This document shows positions 1-8,381 of a stretch of DNA of 64,000 nucleotides, one piece after another. Each line of letters starts with the position of its first letter. Position 1 is the first letter of the stretch. The notes beneath the pieces are model-generated. The model saw nothing but the letters and a program-made list of their open reading frames with translations, searched no databases and was not told where the DNA came from. The translations under genes were made by a program, and so were the position numbers. This stretch comes from Candidatus Falkowbacteria bacterium. Its GTDB lineage: Bacteria > Patescibacteriota > Patescibacteriia > Patescibacteriales > UBA12465. Location: the NCBI GenBank assembly GCA_026396875.1, contig JAPLVY010000004.1, positions 10,828 to 74,827 on the forward strand, in the 5' to 3' direction.

Positions 1-1243
1 GACGACCAGTGCCACGAAGCGGAGAGACTTCACCAACAGAATATGGTGGGAAGTTGTAGTGGTGCATATAACGCTTTTTGCTTTGACCATCTAAGCCTTC
101 AAGAGATTGCTCAAGACCAGGGGCGCCAAGAGTAACGATAGACATTACTTGAGTTTCGCCACGTGAGAATAAACTAGTACCATGATCACGAGGGATAATC
201 TGAACTTCTGCGGAAAGATTTCGGATCTCATTTAGGGCGCGACCATCAACGCGACGTTTGTCGTTAACGATTGCCGAAGTAACTGCCTCGTCAACCATCG
301 ATTCCACTAATTTTTTAATTACATAAGCGCGTTGGTCTTTTTCATAACCTTTTTCAAATAGGAATTCATCCAATTGTTGCTTAATGGAAACAACCGCACC
401 CTTTCTTTCGCCTTTGGTGGTATAGAATTCTTTATTAAATAAAGTTTTGTTAATATTTTCTTTTAGCCAAGCCTCGCCAATTACTAGCAATTCTTTCTTT
501 GCAGCTTCTTTTTCAAGTTCGGCCTCACTCTTGAGGATTTTCTTTTCAGTTTTTATCTTTTTTGGTAAAGCAGCCTGCATCTTTTTGATGAGTTCAATCG
601 CTGGTTGCATGGCTTTCTGTCCGCCGACGATCGCTTCGTAAACTAAATCTTCTGGGATTTCTTTGCCACCAGCTTCAATCATAATTGATTTGTGTTCGGT
701 ACCAGAAACGATGAGATCCAAAGTGCTGTTGATTTGTTGCTCCATGGTCGGGTTATAGACTAGTTGCCCATCAATCAAACCAACGCGAACGCCGCCGAGA
801 GGCCCCTTCCAATCAATTCCGGAAATTGCCAAAACAGCGGAAGCCGCGATTAAAGCAGTAACATCATAGTCATTGACTAGGTCATAAGACATAACCGAAG
901 TAATAACTTGGATATCGCGACGATCTTCTTGGTTAAAAAGCGGGCGAATAGAGCGGTCAATCATGCGACCGGTTAAAACGGCATCATCAGTTGGGCGTCC
1001 TTCGCGTTTCAGCCATCTAGAACCCTTAATGATTCCGGCGGCGTAAAGCTTTTCCTCAAATTCCACCATCAGTGGAAAAAATTCAATACCGTCCCTCTCG
1101 GTTTTTGATTGAACGACGTTAGCCATTACGACGGTTTCGCCGTATTGTACCAAAACCGAAGCGTCAGCCTGAAGGGCGAGCTTGCCAGTTTTGATGGTTA
1201 GAGTGCGGCCAAGCCACTCTCCAGAGAAAATTTTCTCTTCCAT
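1..1243 (-). CDS. pnp: polynucleotide phosphorylase (PNPase), N-terminal part; gene runs off the left edge of the window
   Basis: Not in the ORF track because there is no stop in the window. My translation of the reverse strand from the ATG at 1243-1241 gives MEEKIFSGEWLGRTLTIKTGKLALQADASVLVQYGETVVMANVV...FFPLMVEFEEKLYAAGIIKGSRWLKREGRPTDDAVLTGRMIDRSIRPLF. This is a typical PNPase first RNase-PH domain. It lies downstream of rpsO, as in most bacteria. Confidence 0.9.
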   Translation of the reverse strand, partial: MEEKIFSGEWLGRTLTIKTGKLALQADASVLVQYGETVVMANVVQSKTERDGIEFFPLMVEFEEKLYAAGIIKGSRWLKREGRPTDDAVLTGRMIDRSIRPLFNQEDRRDIQVITSVMSYDLVNDYDVTALIAASAVLAISGIDWKGPLGGVRVGLIDGQLVYNPTMEQQINSTLDLIVSGTEHKSIMIEAGGKEIPEDLVYEAIVGGQKAMQPAIELIKKMQAALPKKIKTEKKILKSEAELEKEAAKKELLVIGEAWLKENINKTLFNKEFYTTKGERKGAVVSIKQQLDEFLFEKGYEKDQRAYVIKKLVESMVDEAVTSAIVNDKRRVDGRALNEIRNLSAEVQIIPRDHGTSLFSRGETQVMSIVTLGAPGLEQSLEGLDGQSKKRYMHHYNFPPYSVGEVSPLRGTGR

Positions 1244-1437
1244 ATATTTGTTTTGAGCCTGGCCAGTAAATTTGAGAACTGTAAAAAAATTACAGTGCTA
1301 ACTATCTAGTGGTCAGGCTTTAAATTAATTACGTTTTAATGTTTTTAGTCGCTCGGTCTTTTTCTGGGGCAAAAATTTAAATAATTAGTTTTTACTAACG
1401 AAAAAAAACATGAGCTTAAAAAACACTAAAACATTAC

Positions 1438-1977
1438 TTATCTTTTGTGTTTATTTTTTAGTGCAGTTTTGGAGTACGGACTACGCAGCAAGAATTTTGG
1501 GTCACTGCCGATATCAACAAAGTCATCAACTTCTTCAATTAGGCGAGAGGAAGTAGTTTTTCTGAAAGCCAGAACTTCCACCAGGCAACCTTTATTGTGC
1601 TGCAAGTAAGAGACTAATGGCAAGTAGTCGCCATCGCCCGAGACGATAACAATTACATCTAATTTTTCGGATAACTTCACGGCGTCAATTGCTAGCCCGA
1701 CGTCCCAGTCAGCTTTTTTTGAACCATCGGGAAATATTTGCAAGTCCTTCATGCGGACTTCAAAACCTTGTTGGATAAGTGCTTCAAAGAAAGGAGTCTC
1801 TTCTTCGTTTTCAGTCCGAATAGCATAAGCAGTGGCCCGGATAAGTTTCCGACCGGCCACTGCTGTGCTGAGGATCTCCTTAAAGTTGGCTTTCTTACCG
1901 TAAAGATTTTTAGCAGAATGATAAATATTTGAGATATCTACTAAAACGCCGATTCTTTGTTCAGGATGTTTGATCAT
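1438..1977 (-). CDS. NYN/LabA-like (PIN-like) domain protein, putative RNase
   Basis: 179-aa ORF. RIGVLVDISNIYHSAK and VIVSGDGDYLPLV match the acidic motifs of NYN/LabA-type nucleases. It sits between rpsO and pnp. Confidence 0.7.
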   Translation of the reverse strand: MIKHPEQRIGVLVDISNIYHSAKNLYGKKANFKEILSTAVAGRKLIRATAYAIRTENEEETPFFEALIQQGFEVRMKDLQIFPDGSKKADWDVGLAIDAVKLSEKLDVIVIVSGDGDYLPLVSYLQHNKGCLVEVLAFRKTTSSRLIEEVDDFVDIGSDPKFLLRSPYSKTALKNKHKR

Positions 1978-1985
1978 AATTTTTT

Positions 1986-2360
1986 TTAGACTTCCGGAAC
2001 GATTTCTTCCGGAACGATTTCTTCAGTTTCATCCGCAACGACATATTTCCTTTCCTTCGCTTTTGCCTCCTCTTCTTCGGCGATCAACTTGGTAGCAATT
2101 TTCAGCTTCAATTTGATGGCTAGTTCTTGAAAAGCGGCAGAGTTTTCCTTTTGTAGGTACTTAAGTAGTTTTCGTCTTTCGCCGACTTTCTTGAGTAAAC
2201 CGCGGCGGGAAGAGAAATCATGCTTGTGCATCTTCAGGTGGTCGGTCAATTGTTTAATTTCCTCAGTCAAAATAGCAATTTGGACTTGAGGGGAACCGGT
2301 ATCGGTGTCGTGAGTGCGGAATTTTTTAATTAATTTTTCTTTGTCTTTCTTGGTCATCAT
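1986..2360 (-). CDS. rpsO: 30S ribosomal protein S15 with an acidic C-terminal extension of about 37 aa
   Basis: TGSPQVQIAILTEEIKQLTDHLKMHKHDFSSRRGLLKKVGERRKLLKYL is the S15 core. The protein is 124 aa rather than about 89. The tail ends EEIVPEEIVPEV. Confidence 0.9.
   Translation of the reverse strand: MMTKKDKEKLIKKFRTHDTDTGSPQVQIAILTEEIKQLTDHLKMHKHDFSSRRGLLKKVGERRKLLKYLQKENSAAFQELAIKLKLKIATKLIAEEEEAKAKERKYVVADETEEIVPEEIVPEV
1991..2020. repeat. exact 15-nt tandem duplication (cttccggaacgattt x2) inside the rpsO 3' extension
   Basis: Read directly: 1991-2005 equals 2006-2020. It encodes the EEIVP-EEIVP repeat on the minus strand. Confidence 0.9.
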
Positions 2361-2438
2361 AAAATTCTTCGCCTAAACCAAGGAATAATCCCTAAGACGG
2401 GGGTTATTTCCGAGAAAAGGTGCATTATTTTTTTATAA

Positions 2439-2702
2439 TTATTTACTTAAAGCGTTAACTTTTTTCATCAAGCGAGATTTTTTGCGGGCAGCGGTTCCTT
2501 TCTTGATTACGCCATTTTTTGCCGCCTTGTCCAAAGCCTGGAAGGTTTTTGGTAAAGCTTCTTTAACACCAGCATCCTTGGCAACGATTGCCTTTAAATT
2601 GGTTTTCACCAATTTTTTAACGGTTTCTTTCTGTTTTTTGTTGGCTACGTTGCGCTTGATGCTTTTGCGCAACTCTTTCTGAGCCGATTTCTTGTTTGGC
2701 AT
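2439..2702 (-). CDS. rpsT: 30S ribosomal protein S20
   Basis: 87 aa and highly basic. MPNKKSAQKELRKSIKRN...KNGVIKKGTAARKKSRL is typical of S20. Confidence 0.9.
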   Translation of the reverse strand: MPNKKSAQKELRKSIKRNVANKKQKETVKKLVKTNLKAIVAKDAGVKEALPKTFQALDKAAKNGVIKKGTAARKKSRLMKKVNALSK

Positions 2703-2856
2703 AGAATAATTTTGCTTTTATTAGGCAAAAAATAATTAGTTTTTTGTAATTTTTAGTAAGTAATAAGATGGTAGCATAAATGTTCAGAAAAAACAAGGTC
2801 TACGGATATGTCTTTTTGCCAGGTGCATAGTCCGGTGGGTGGCAGGTGTGATAAAT

Positions 2857-2886
2857 AAAAAAACCCTTCTTTGTAGAAAGGTTTCC
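2857..2886 (-). terminator. putative intrinsic terminator downstream of the 192-aa gene
   Basis: On the minus strand the sequence reads ggaaacctttc-tacaaa-gaagggttttttt, an imperfect stem followed by a T-run. It begins about 17 nt after the stop at 2903. Confidence 0.4.
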
Positions 2887-2902
2887 TTGAAATAAGCAAA
2901 GG

Positions 2903-3481
2903 TTATTTGCGGACACCAAGAAATCGATAATCTTCACCCCAGGTACCTCCTGGCCAAGATATTGAAATTGAGCGCTCTGTCCCATGAGTCGTTAGGCAAG
3001 TCCTTGGTTGTGGACCTCCATCTATAGGCTCACAAATAGAACCAAGAGCAATTATTGAAAATTTTTTTTGTAGCCCGGGACGAGTAGCGCCCAAAGCCAA
3101 TAGTTCCATTAGGTTCGCCGGACGATAGCCTTTATCAGATAATTCCCACTCAGCTTTTTCGGCACTAATCAGACGATTGTTAAAATGAAATAATCTAGCA
3201 GATATTTTTACATTTTTTCCAATCATTTCCGAGGGAATGGAATAATTTAAAGAAGTAAACTTGCAATAATCTCGAGCATAATTGCCAGCGGCAATAGCTT
3301 GTTCAACTGTTTTTGTGTAATCAACTCTTAGGTTGAACTCGATTATTTTTTCGCTTTCTAAATTTTTAACAAGCCGGATAACTTGTGATATTGGTAAATT
3401 TTTATTTTGTATTAATTCCGTTAATTCTAGTAATTCCGATCTACCTTGACTGCTTAGATCGTTTTCTCTTACTTTTTCCAT
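2903..3481 (-). CDS. hypothetical protein
   Basis: 192-aa ORF with its own upstream spacer and downstream terminator-like hairpin. I recognise no motif (C-terminus ...WPGGTWGEDYRFLGVRK). Confidence 0.55.
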   Translation of the reverse strand: MEKVRENDLSSQGRSELLELTELIQNKNLPISQVIRLVKNLESEKIIEFNLRVDYTKTVEQAIAAGNYARDYCKFTSLNYSIPSEMIGKNVKISARLFHFNNRLISAEKAEWELSDKGYRPANLMELLALGATRPGLQKKFSIIALGSICEPIDGGPQPRTCLTTHGTERSISISWPGGTWGEDYRFLGVRK

Positions 3482-3674
3482 TTTATATTTTTTAAAGAAC
3501 TGTGCATCTTATCCTAGCGGCTTACTGGCCATAATTTGCACGTACAATAAATATACACTAAAATAGCGTATATGTCAATATGTAGCGGTAATATGCACGT
3601 ACATATTGCTAATTTTCAATAAAATAATAAAACGAGATTTGTGTTGAATTGGTTCCCAGTCAGTGGGCATTTAA

Positions 3675-3699
3675 CAAAAAAACTGCCTAAAAGCAGTTT
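3675..3699 (-). terminator. intrinsic terminator ending the four-tRNA cluster
   Basis: Stem aaactgc/gcagttt (3680-3686 / 3693-3699) with a 6-nt loop. On the minus strand it is followed by a T-run (plus-strand a3676-3679). It lies immediately 3' of tRNA-Pro. Confidence 0.5.
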
Positions 3700-3705
3700 A
3701 TTGTT

Positions 3706-3779
3706 TGGTCGGGGTGCTGGGAATTGAACCCAGTCAACATGCTCCCAAAGCATGCGTACTACCGGTATACGACACCCCG
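3706..3779 (-). tRNA. tRNA-Pro (anticodon TGG), CCA encoded
   Basis: The reverse complement is cggggtg tc gtat..gtac gcatg cttTGGga gcatg ttgac tgggttcaattccca(g) caccccg a cca. The cloverleaf was drawn by hand. Confidence 0.85.
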
Positions 3780-3820
3780 TATGAATAAACCCATGCGAAA
3801 TTCATGGGTCTATTTTTTTG

Positions 3821-3892
3821 TGCCCCGGGTCAGAATCGAACTGACGACACAAGGATTTTCAGTCCTTTGCTCTACCACTGAGCTACCGAGGC
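3821..3892 (-). tRNA. tRNA-Phe (anticodon GAA)
   Basis: The reverse complement is gcctcgg ta gctc agtggta gagc a aagga ctGAAaa tcctt gtgtc gtcag ttcgatt ctgac ccggggc a, 72 nt with all stems pairing. Confidence 0.85.
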
Positions 3893-3931
3893 GGTATTTC
3901 AGCTTCCTGTTTTTCAGTTTTCCTGAAATTG

Positions 3932-4004
3932 TTGCGGGAGTCGGACTCGAACCGACGACCTCCAGGTTATGGGCCTGGCGAGCTGCCAACTGCTCTATCC
4001 CGCT
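3932..4004 (-). tRNA. tRNA with CAT anticodon (Met / initiator / Ile2 not resolved); atypical A1-A72 mismatch and C33
   Basis: The reverse complement is agcggga ta gagc agttggca gctc g ccagg ccCATaa cctgg aggtc gtcgg ttcgagt ccgac tcccgca a. T8 and the D-stem fix the register. Position 1 (a) faces position 72 (a). The anticodon loop is cccataa. Confidence 0.7.
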
Positions 4005-4064
4005 ATTATGTGCGAAAACTCATGGCAATAAAATAAATTCTCATCGCCACTTTTATTTTTCAAG

Positions 4065-4138
4065 TGGGCAATGGAGGATTCGAACCTCCGACCTCAACAT
4101 TATCAGTGTTGCGCTCTAACCAACTGAGCTAATTGCCC
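4065..4138 (-). tRNA. tRNA-Ile (anticodon GAT)
   Basis: The reverse complement is gggcaat ta gctc agttggtta gagc g caaca ctGATaa tgttg aggtc ggagg ttcgaat cctcc attgccc a, 74 nt. Confidence 0.85.
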
Positions 4139-4204
4139 ATATTTTTTGACTTTTTCACTATAACAAACCCAAAACAAAAAAGCAATACATATTTCTCACC
4201 GATT

Positions 4205-5179
4205 CTATAAGGAAACCATGAATAGTGTCAAGCCATTCATTAAATCTTTCTGCCCAGTCTTATTCTCGTAGTCCAAAAGGACTAGTCGATTAAAATATTC
4301 CGTCAATTCGGAAAGAGAAAAATTTTTTGCTTGGTTTAGCGACTTGGAAACCACAAAGGGGTGCAAACCAACTTCACTAGCGATTGCACCGGAAGTCTTT
4401 TTTCCTTCAAAACTTTTGACCTGGATAAGAATTTTAAAATGGCGAATCATCATTGCAAGCATTTGTTCGATGTCGATGCCGGCAGAAATTTGCTCCTCAA
4501 AAAGTTTGACTGTTAATTTCTTATTTCTTGACCCGAGGGCGTCTGTAAAAGAGAAGACGTCTTCTCCGTAGGCGCGACTACCAATTTCTTCCAAATCCTT
4601 GCTCTCTATTCTTCCTTCAGTTTTGAAGTAGGTGAGTTTTTTTATTTCATTGCTGATTTGCCAAAGACCTCCTTGGTGTCGAGCAACCAACTCACTTGCA
4701 GCTGCCGGTGAAATTGTTTTTCCTTCTTTTGCCAATTCTTCTTTAACAAAATTATTTAATTGGAGTGGACTGAGGGTTTTAAATTCTTGTGATAATTTCT
4801 GTCCAGCTAGGAATCCAAAAAGGGTTTTTGTTTTTGTTTTTAGTGGTGAGTTTTTGGTATTTAGTTCACCGTCTAAGAATATCAAAACATTGCGGTCATC
4901 TAAGTCAGCTAATTTCTGTTTTTCTAAGTAATCCTTTAGTTCAGTAAAGATTTTTTCCTGTTTGTTATTAAAAAAGTCCTCAATAATAATTAAGCGTTTG
5001 TTGACAAAAAGTGAGCCGGTATTTATCTGTTCGGCGATTTCTTTGATGCCAATTTTTGCGCCATCCAAAGTACTAATACTGGAGGCGCCAGAGTCCACCT
5101 TGTCTTGAAAATTCTGGCGGATTTCTTTAAGTTTTCGATGGCTACGAAAGGTGTCGGCGCCATAGAGAAAAATTATCAT
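4205..5179 (-). CDS. holA: DNA polymerase III delta subunit (HolA-like)
   Basis: 324 aa. The N-terminus MIIFLYGADTFRSHRKLKEI and the size are typical of clamp-loader delta. Its start overlaps the stop of the upstream Mur ligase gene (ATGA at 5176-5179). Confidence 0.6.
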   Translation of the reverse strand: MIIFLYGADTFRSHRKLKEIRQNFQDKVDSGASSISTLDGAKIGIKEIAEQINTGSLFVNKRLIIIEDFFNNKQEKIFTELKDYLEKQKLADLDDRNVLIFLDGELNTKNSPLKTKTKTLFGFLAGQKLSQEFKTLSPLQLNNFVKEELAKEGKTISPAAASELVARHQGGLWQISNEIKKLTYFKTEGRIESKDLEEIGSRAYGEDVFSFTDALGSRNKKLTVKLFEEQISAGIDIEQMLAMMIRHFKILIQVKSFEGKKTSGAIASEVGLHPFVVSKSLNQAKNFSLSELTEYFNRLVLLDYENKTGQKDLMNGLTLFMVSL

Positions 5180-7788
5180 AAATTCTTAATTGCTTCTTTA
5201 AACAGTCTGCCTTTTTCTTGAAAGTTCTTAAAAATACTATAGCTAGGAGATGCGGTAGAGAGAAGAACGGCTTTTTTATCAGCAGTGTTCTTGGCGGCAA
5301 AGATTACCGCTTCTTTCATACTGCTGGTTTCTAGAATTTTCGGCAAGCTTTTGCCTCGATAAATATTTTCTAACGCTTCTTTAATCCTTACTCCAGAGAA
5401 GGGGAAGAGCACGATATTGGAAATGTTTATCTTCTTCAATTTTTTGGCTAATTCGGAAAAATCATAACCGCGGTCTTCGCCACCGAGAATTATTGTATCC
5501 AATTTTCCTTCCAGATATTCAATGGCAACCAAAGTGGATTCTGGTGTTGTGGAAATGGCGTCATCGTAGAAATATAAATTGTTTTTCTCACCAACGAGCT
5601 CAAGGCGATGCTCCAACCCGGGAAAATTTTTCACGCCAGCGCGCACGCACGACAGAGGAATTTTCAGCGCCTTGATTACTGTGGCTGCAGCAGTGATATT
5701 TTTTAGGTTATGCTTTCCTGGTAACTTTATTTCATTGAGTGGCATTAATTTTTCGTTTTCGAAAAATAAATAGGTGCCATCTTCTTTCCAGGAATCATGA
5801 TAATCTTTTTTGTTGGCAAGACTTTCCCCGGCTACCAATTTAACGAACGGCGAAGCGCTATCATAAACGAAATAATCATTTTTTTGTTGCCATTTAGTGA
5901 TATTAGCTTTGGCGCGGCAATAATTTTGAAAGCCGCCGTGATAAGGGAGGTGGTCAGGAAAAATATTAATCATGACCGCTACTTTCGGGCTAGCTTGAAG
6001 GTTCTCTAATTGGTAACTCGACATCTCATAAACAAAGAAGTCTTTCTCTGAATTATTTTTTAGGTATTTCAGGGGATCATTGCCAATATTACCAACCAAA
6101 TAAACTTTTTTTCCAGCAGCTTTTAGCGCGCGGAAAATCAAGGTAGCAGTGGTGCTCTTGCCCTTAGTGCCGGTAATACCAATCACAGTGCCTCGACAGT
6201 TTTTTAAGAATATTTCAGTAATTGAGGTAAATTTTATTCCTCGAATTCTGGCGCTGGCAATTTCTGGAAATTGGTTGGTAATTCCTGGCGTTTTAATGAT
6301 CAAGTCAAATTCTTCCAAATGTTTTAAGTATTTTTTTCCTTCAAGAACTTCGCAATTTTTATCTGGGGCAATGATTTTATTTCTATCGGCCAGCCAGATT
6401 TTTAAGCCAGGATTTTTTTTGCGCCAATAGTGAAAAGCAAATTTCCCTTCCTTCCCAAATCCCAGGAGCAGGGTTTTCTGGAAACCATCGGGAATTAGGT
6501 GCTCTGGATTATTTCTTAAAGCGGAGTTAATTAGGGAATTTTTATCTTTTATTTTTGGTAAGATTTTTTTGCGGAAATATTCAACGATCAAAGAGTTGTC
6601 CCAGCTATGATTTTCACAAATTAAGACAAAGGCCGCCTTCACTTCCTCGGGTGTGCCAACACAATCAAAAGGCTTGAAAGCTTTTTCTCCCCACAGTTCT
6701 TGAAACACCGGTAGCAATTCTTTGTCGTCTAGAAGATTAGCGCCAAAAATTTTAATGCTAGTTTTTGGACTATTCCAGGCAGCGAAGATCGCTAGAGAGA
6801 AGGCGCATTTTGCACAAGTGCCGCACCAGCGTTTTTTTGCCTGGCCGTTAATTTTAAAGTTGCGATTACAACTGGAAAAGGAGCCAAAGTATTGTGGGTA
6901 CTTGGAAAATTCGCGGGCAATTTTTAATTCTGAGTATGGTCTTAGCAAACTGAAATACTGTAAATCGGGGGTCAAAAAATTGTGCAGGTAGTTAGCAAAA
7001 TCTTGTTCAAATTCAAAACTTTTGCTGTATTGATGGTTAATTTCCGTATCCAAATATCTTACATTACCAAAGTTGGCACTATGTTCGTTTGAAAAAATAA
7101 TATTTTGAAAATCACCCAAGATGGCAGCAACCACGCAAGTCCAGGAATAAATTGCCGAAATTGGTACATGGCCATTGTAAGCGCCGCTTTCGTTGAGACG
7201 AAAAAGACGCGCATCCATTTCTCGACCAATAATAACTCGTGGTGCACCGACAATTTGCGCGGTATCTTTCTGGATTTTGCTATCACGCAAACTAATAAGA
7301 GAAAACTGCTGGCCAATACTTTTTAATTTTTCAGCACTTAAGCAAGAGTCTTTTCCACCACCAATTGGCAACAAGCTGTGTTTTTTAAACTTCGCAGCTA
7401 TAGGTTTTATGCTTTTCCCGTGGGCGGGGAGATTTATTAGACCGCGGAAATCTATTTTGTTGCGATAAAAGAACTCACCCAAACCTTTCTCGTAGAGTTT
7501 ATTCCAAAATTCTGCCTGTGCTTTGTTCAAGGTGCCGCTTTTGATTTCAATCTTCTTCGGGCAGTAGGCTTTGAAATAGCCAACCCCAAGAGCAAGATGA
7601 AGATTAAAAAGGGCGCGATCGAGAAGCTCAAGATTTATTTGATGCCAATTGGTTTTGCAGGCGGAAAAGTCCAGAACTTCCTGAAAATCTAATTTTCCAT
7701 CAAAAGAGTAAGAAAAAGAGGCCAATTTAGTTCTTTGGTCGAAAGAGTAGTTTTTAAAAATGAAACTTTTTGGCAACTGTTTTTCCAT
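5176..7788 (-). CDS. murD: fusion protein: N-terminal PP-loop-like domain of about 440 aa (possible MurL-type epimerase) plus C-terminal MurD-type UDP-MurNAc-L-Ala:glutamate ligase
   Basis: The C-terminal half has GITGTKGKSTT (Mur ligase P-loop), DDAISTTPEST (compare MurD NDSKATN) and a Mur ligase C-domain. The N-terminal half has PIGGGKDSCLSAE (7345-7362, compare the SGGxDS PP-loop) and WCGTCAKCAF. Confidence 0.7.
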   Translation of the reverse strand: MEKQLPKSFIFKNYSFDQRTKLASFSYSFDGKLDFQEVLDFSACKTNWHQINLELLDRALFNLHLALGVGYFKAYCPKKIEIKSGTLNKAQAEFWNKLYEKGLGEFFYRNKIDFRGLINLPAHGKSIKPIAAKFKKHSLLPIGGGKDSCLSAEKLKSIGQQFSLISLRDSKIQKDTAQIVGAPRVIIGREMDARLFRLNESGAYNGHVPISAIYSWTCVVAAILGDFQNIIFSNEHSANFGNVRYLDTEINHQYSKSFEFEQDFANYLHNFLTPDLQYFSLLRPYSELKIAREFSKYPQYFGSFSSCNRNFKINGQAKKRWCGTCAKCAFSLAIFAAWNSPKTSIKIFGANLLDDKELLPVFQELWGEKAFKPFDCVGTPEEVKAAFVLICENHSWDNSLIVEYFRKKILPKIKDKNSLINSALRNNPEHLIPDGFQKTLLLGFGKEGKFAFHYWRKKNPGLKIWLADRNKIIAPDKNCEVLEGKKYLKHLEEFDLIIKTPGITNQFPEIASARIRGIKFTSITEIFLKNCRGTVIGITGTKGKSTTATLIFRALKAAGKKVYLVGNIGNDPLKYLKNNSEKDFFVYEMSSYQLENLQASPKVAVMINIFPDHLPYHGGFQNYCRAKANITKWQQKNDYFVYDSASPFVKLVAGESLANKKDYHDSWKEDGTYLFFENEKLMPLNEIKLPGKHNLKNITAAATVIKALKIPLSCVRAGVKNFPGLEHRLELVGEKNNLYFYDDAISTTPESTLVAIEYLEGKLDTIILGGEDRGYDFSELAKKLKKINISNIVLFPFSGVRIKEALENIYRGKSLPKILETSSMKEAVIFAAKNTADKKAVLLSTASPSYSIFKNFQEKGRLFKEAIKNL

Positions 7789-7859
7789 AGTGATGGTAAA
7801 TTGATTTTTATTGTTTTTTGTGTTTAAATATCTTAATACTTTAAAATCTTAATATAATA

Positions 7860-8351
7860 ATGAAAAATAAAAAATTGATGAAAGTTTGGTTTTTTGCCGA
7901 ATTTTTTATTTCTCGTCTTGGCAAATCTTTTTGGTTTTGTCTGCTTGGGTCAATAATTTTTACTCTCGCATTTATTCTCATCAGTCTCTTGGTCTTGCAT
8001 CAGCCCTTTGAGGTATCTACTGATCAGGAGTATTTTTGGCAGGTGGCAAAGACTTGGCGCCTGGGAAATATTAACTGGCGCGTCTCTGGCTATTGGAATT
8101 TTGCTTTTGCAATTTTATGGAGCATGCTGGTTTTTCTTCTAGATAAAATGAAATTTTTGGAAAAGCATGAGTTAGTTAATCTGACTGCTTTAAATTTCTT
8201 TTCTTTTTCTGTGGGAATTTACTCGTCTTTCTATTTTCACTCTTTACTGTTTGGTTTAATCGCTCACTTTTCTTTTCTTTTGATTTATTTTGGGATCATT
8301 ATCTTCCTGGAAATAAACGAAATTATTTGGGGAATCATGTTCCCAGACTAA
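7860..8351 (+). CDS. hypothetical multi-pass membrane protein
   Basis: 163 aa with four or five long hydrophobic segments. No recognisable motif. Confidence 0.55.
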   Translation: MKNKKLMKVWFFAEFFISRLGKSFWFCLLGSIIFTLAFILISLLVLHQPFEVSTDQEYFWQVAKTWRLGNINWRVSGYWNFAFAILWSMLVFLLDKMKFLEKHELVNLTALNFFSFSVGIYSSFYFHSLLFGLIAHFSFLLIYFGIIIFLEINEIIWGIMFPD

Positions 8352-8381
8352 CCTTCTTTAATTAAAATAAAGGAGGTTTTT

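Noticed and set aside
3724-4119. 131-aa plus-strand ORF in the track
   Set aside because: It runs antisense through four hand-folded tRNA genes (Pro, Phe, CAT, Ile). The open frame is a by-product of GC-rich tRNA sequence.
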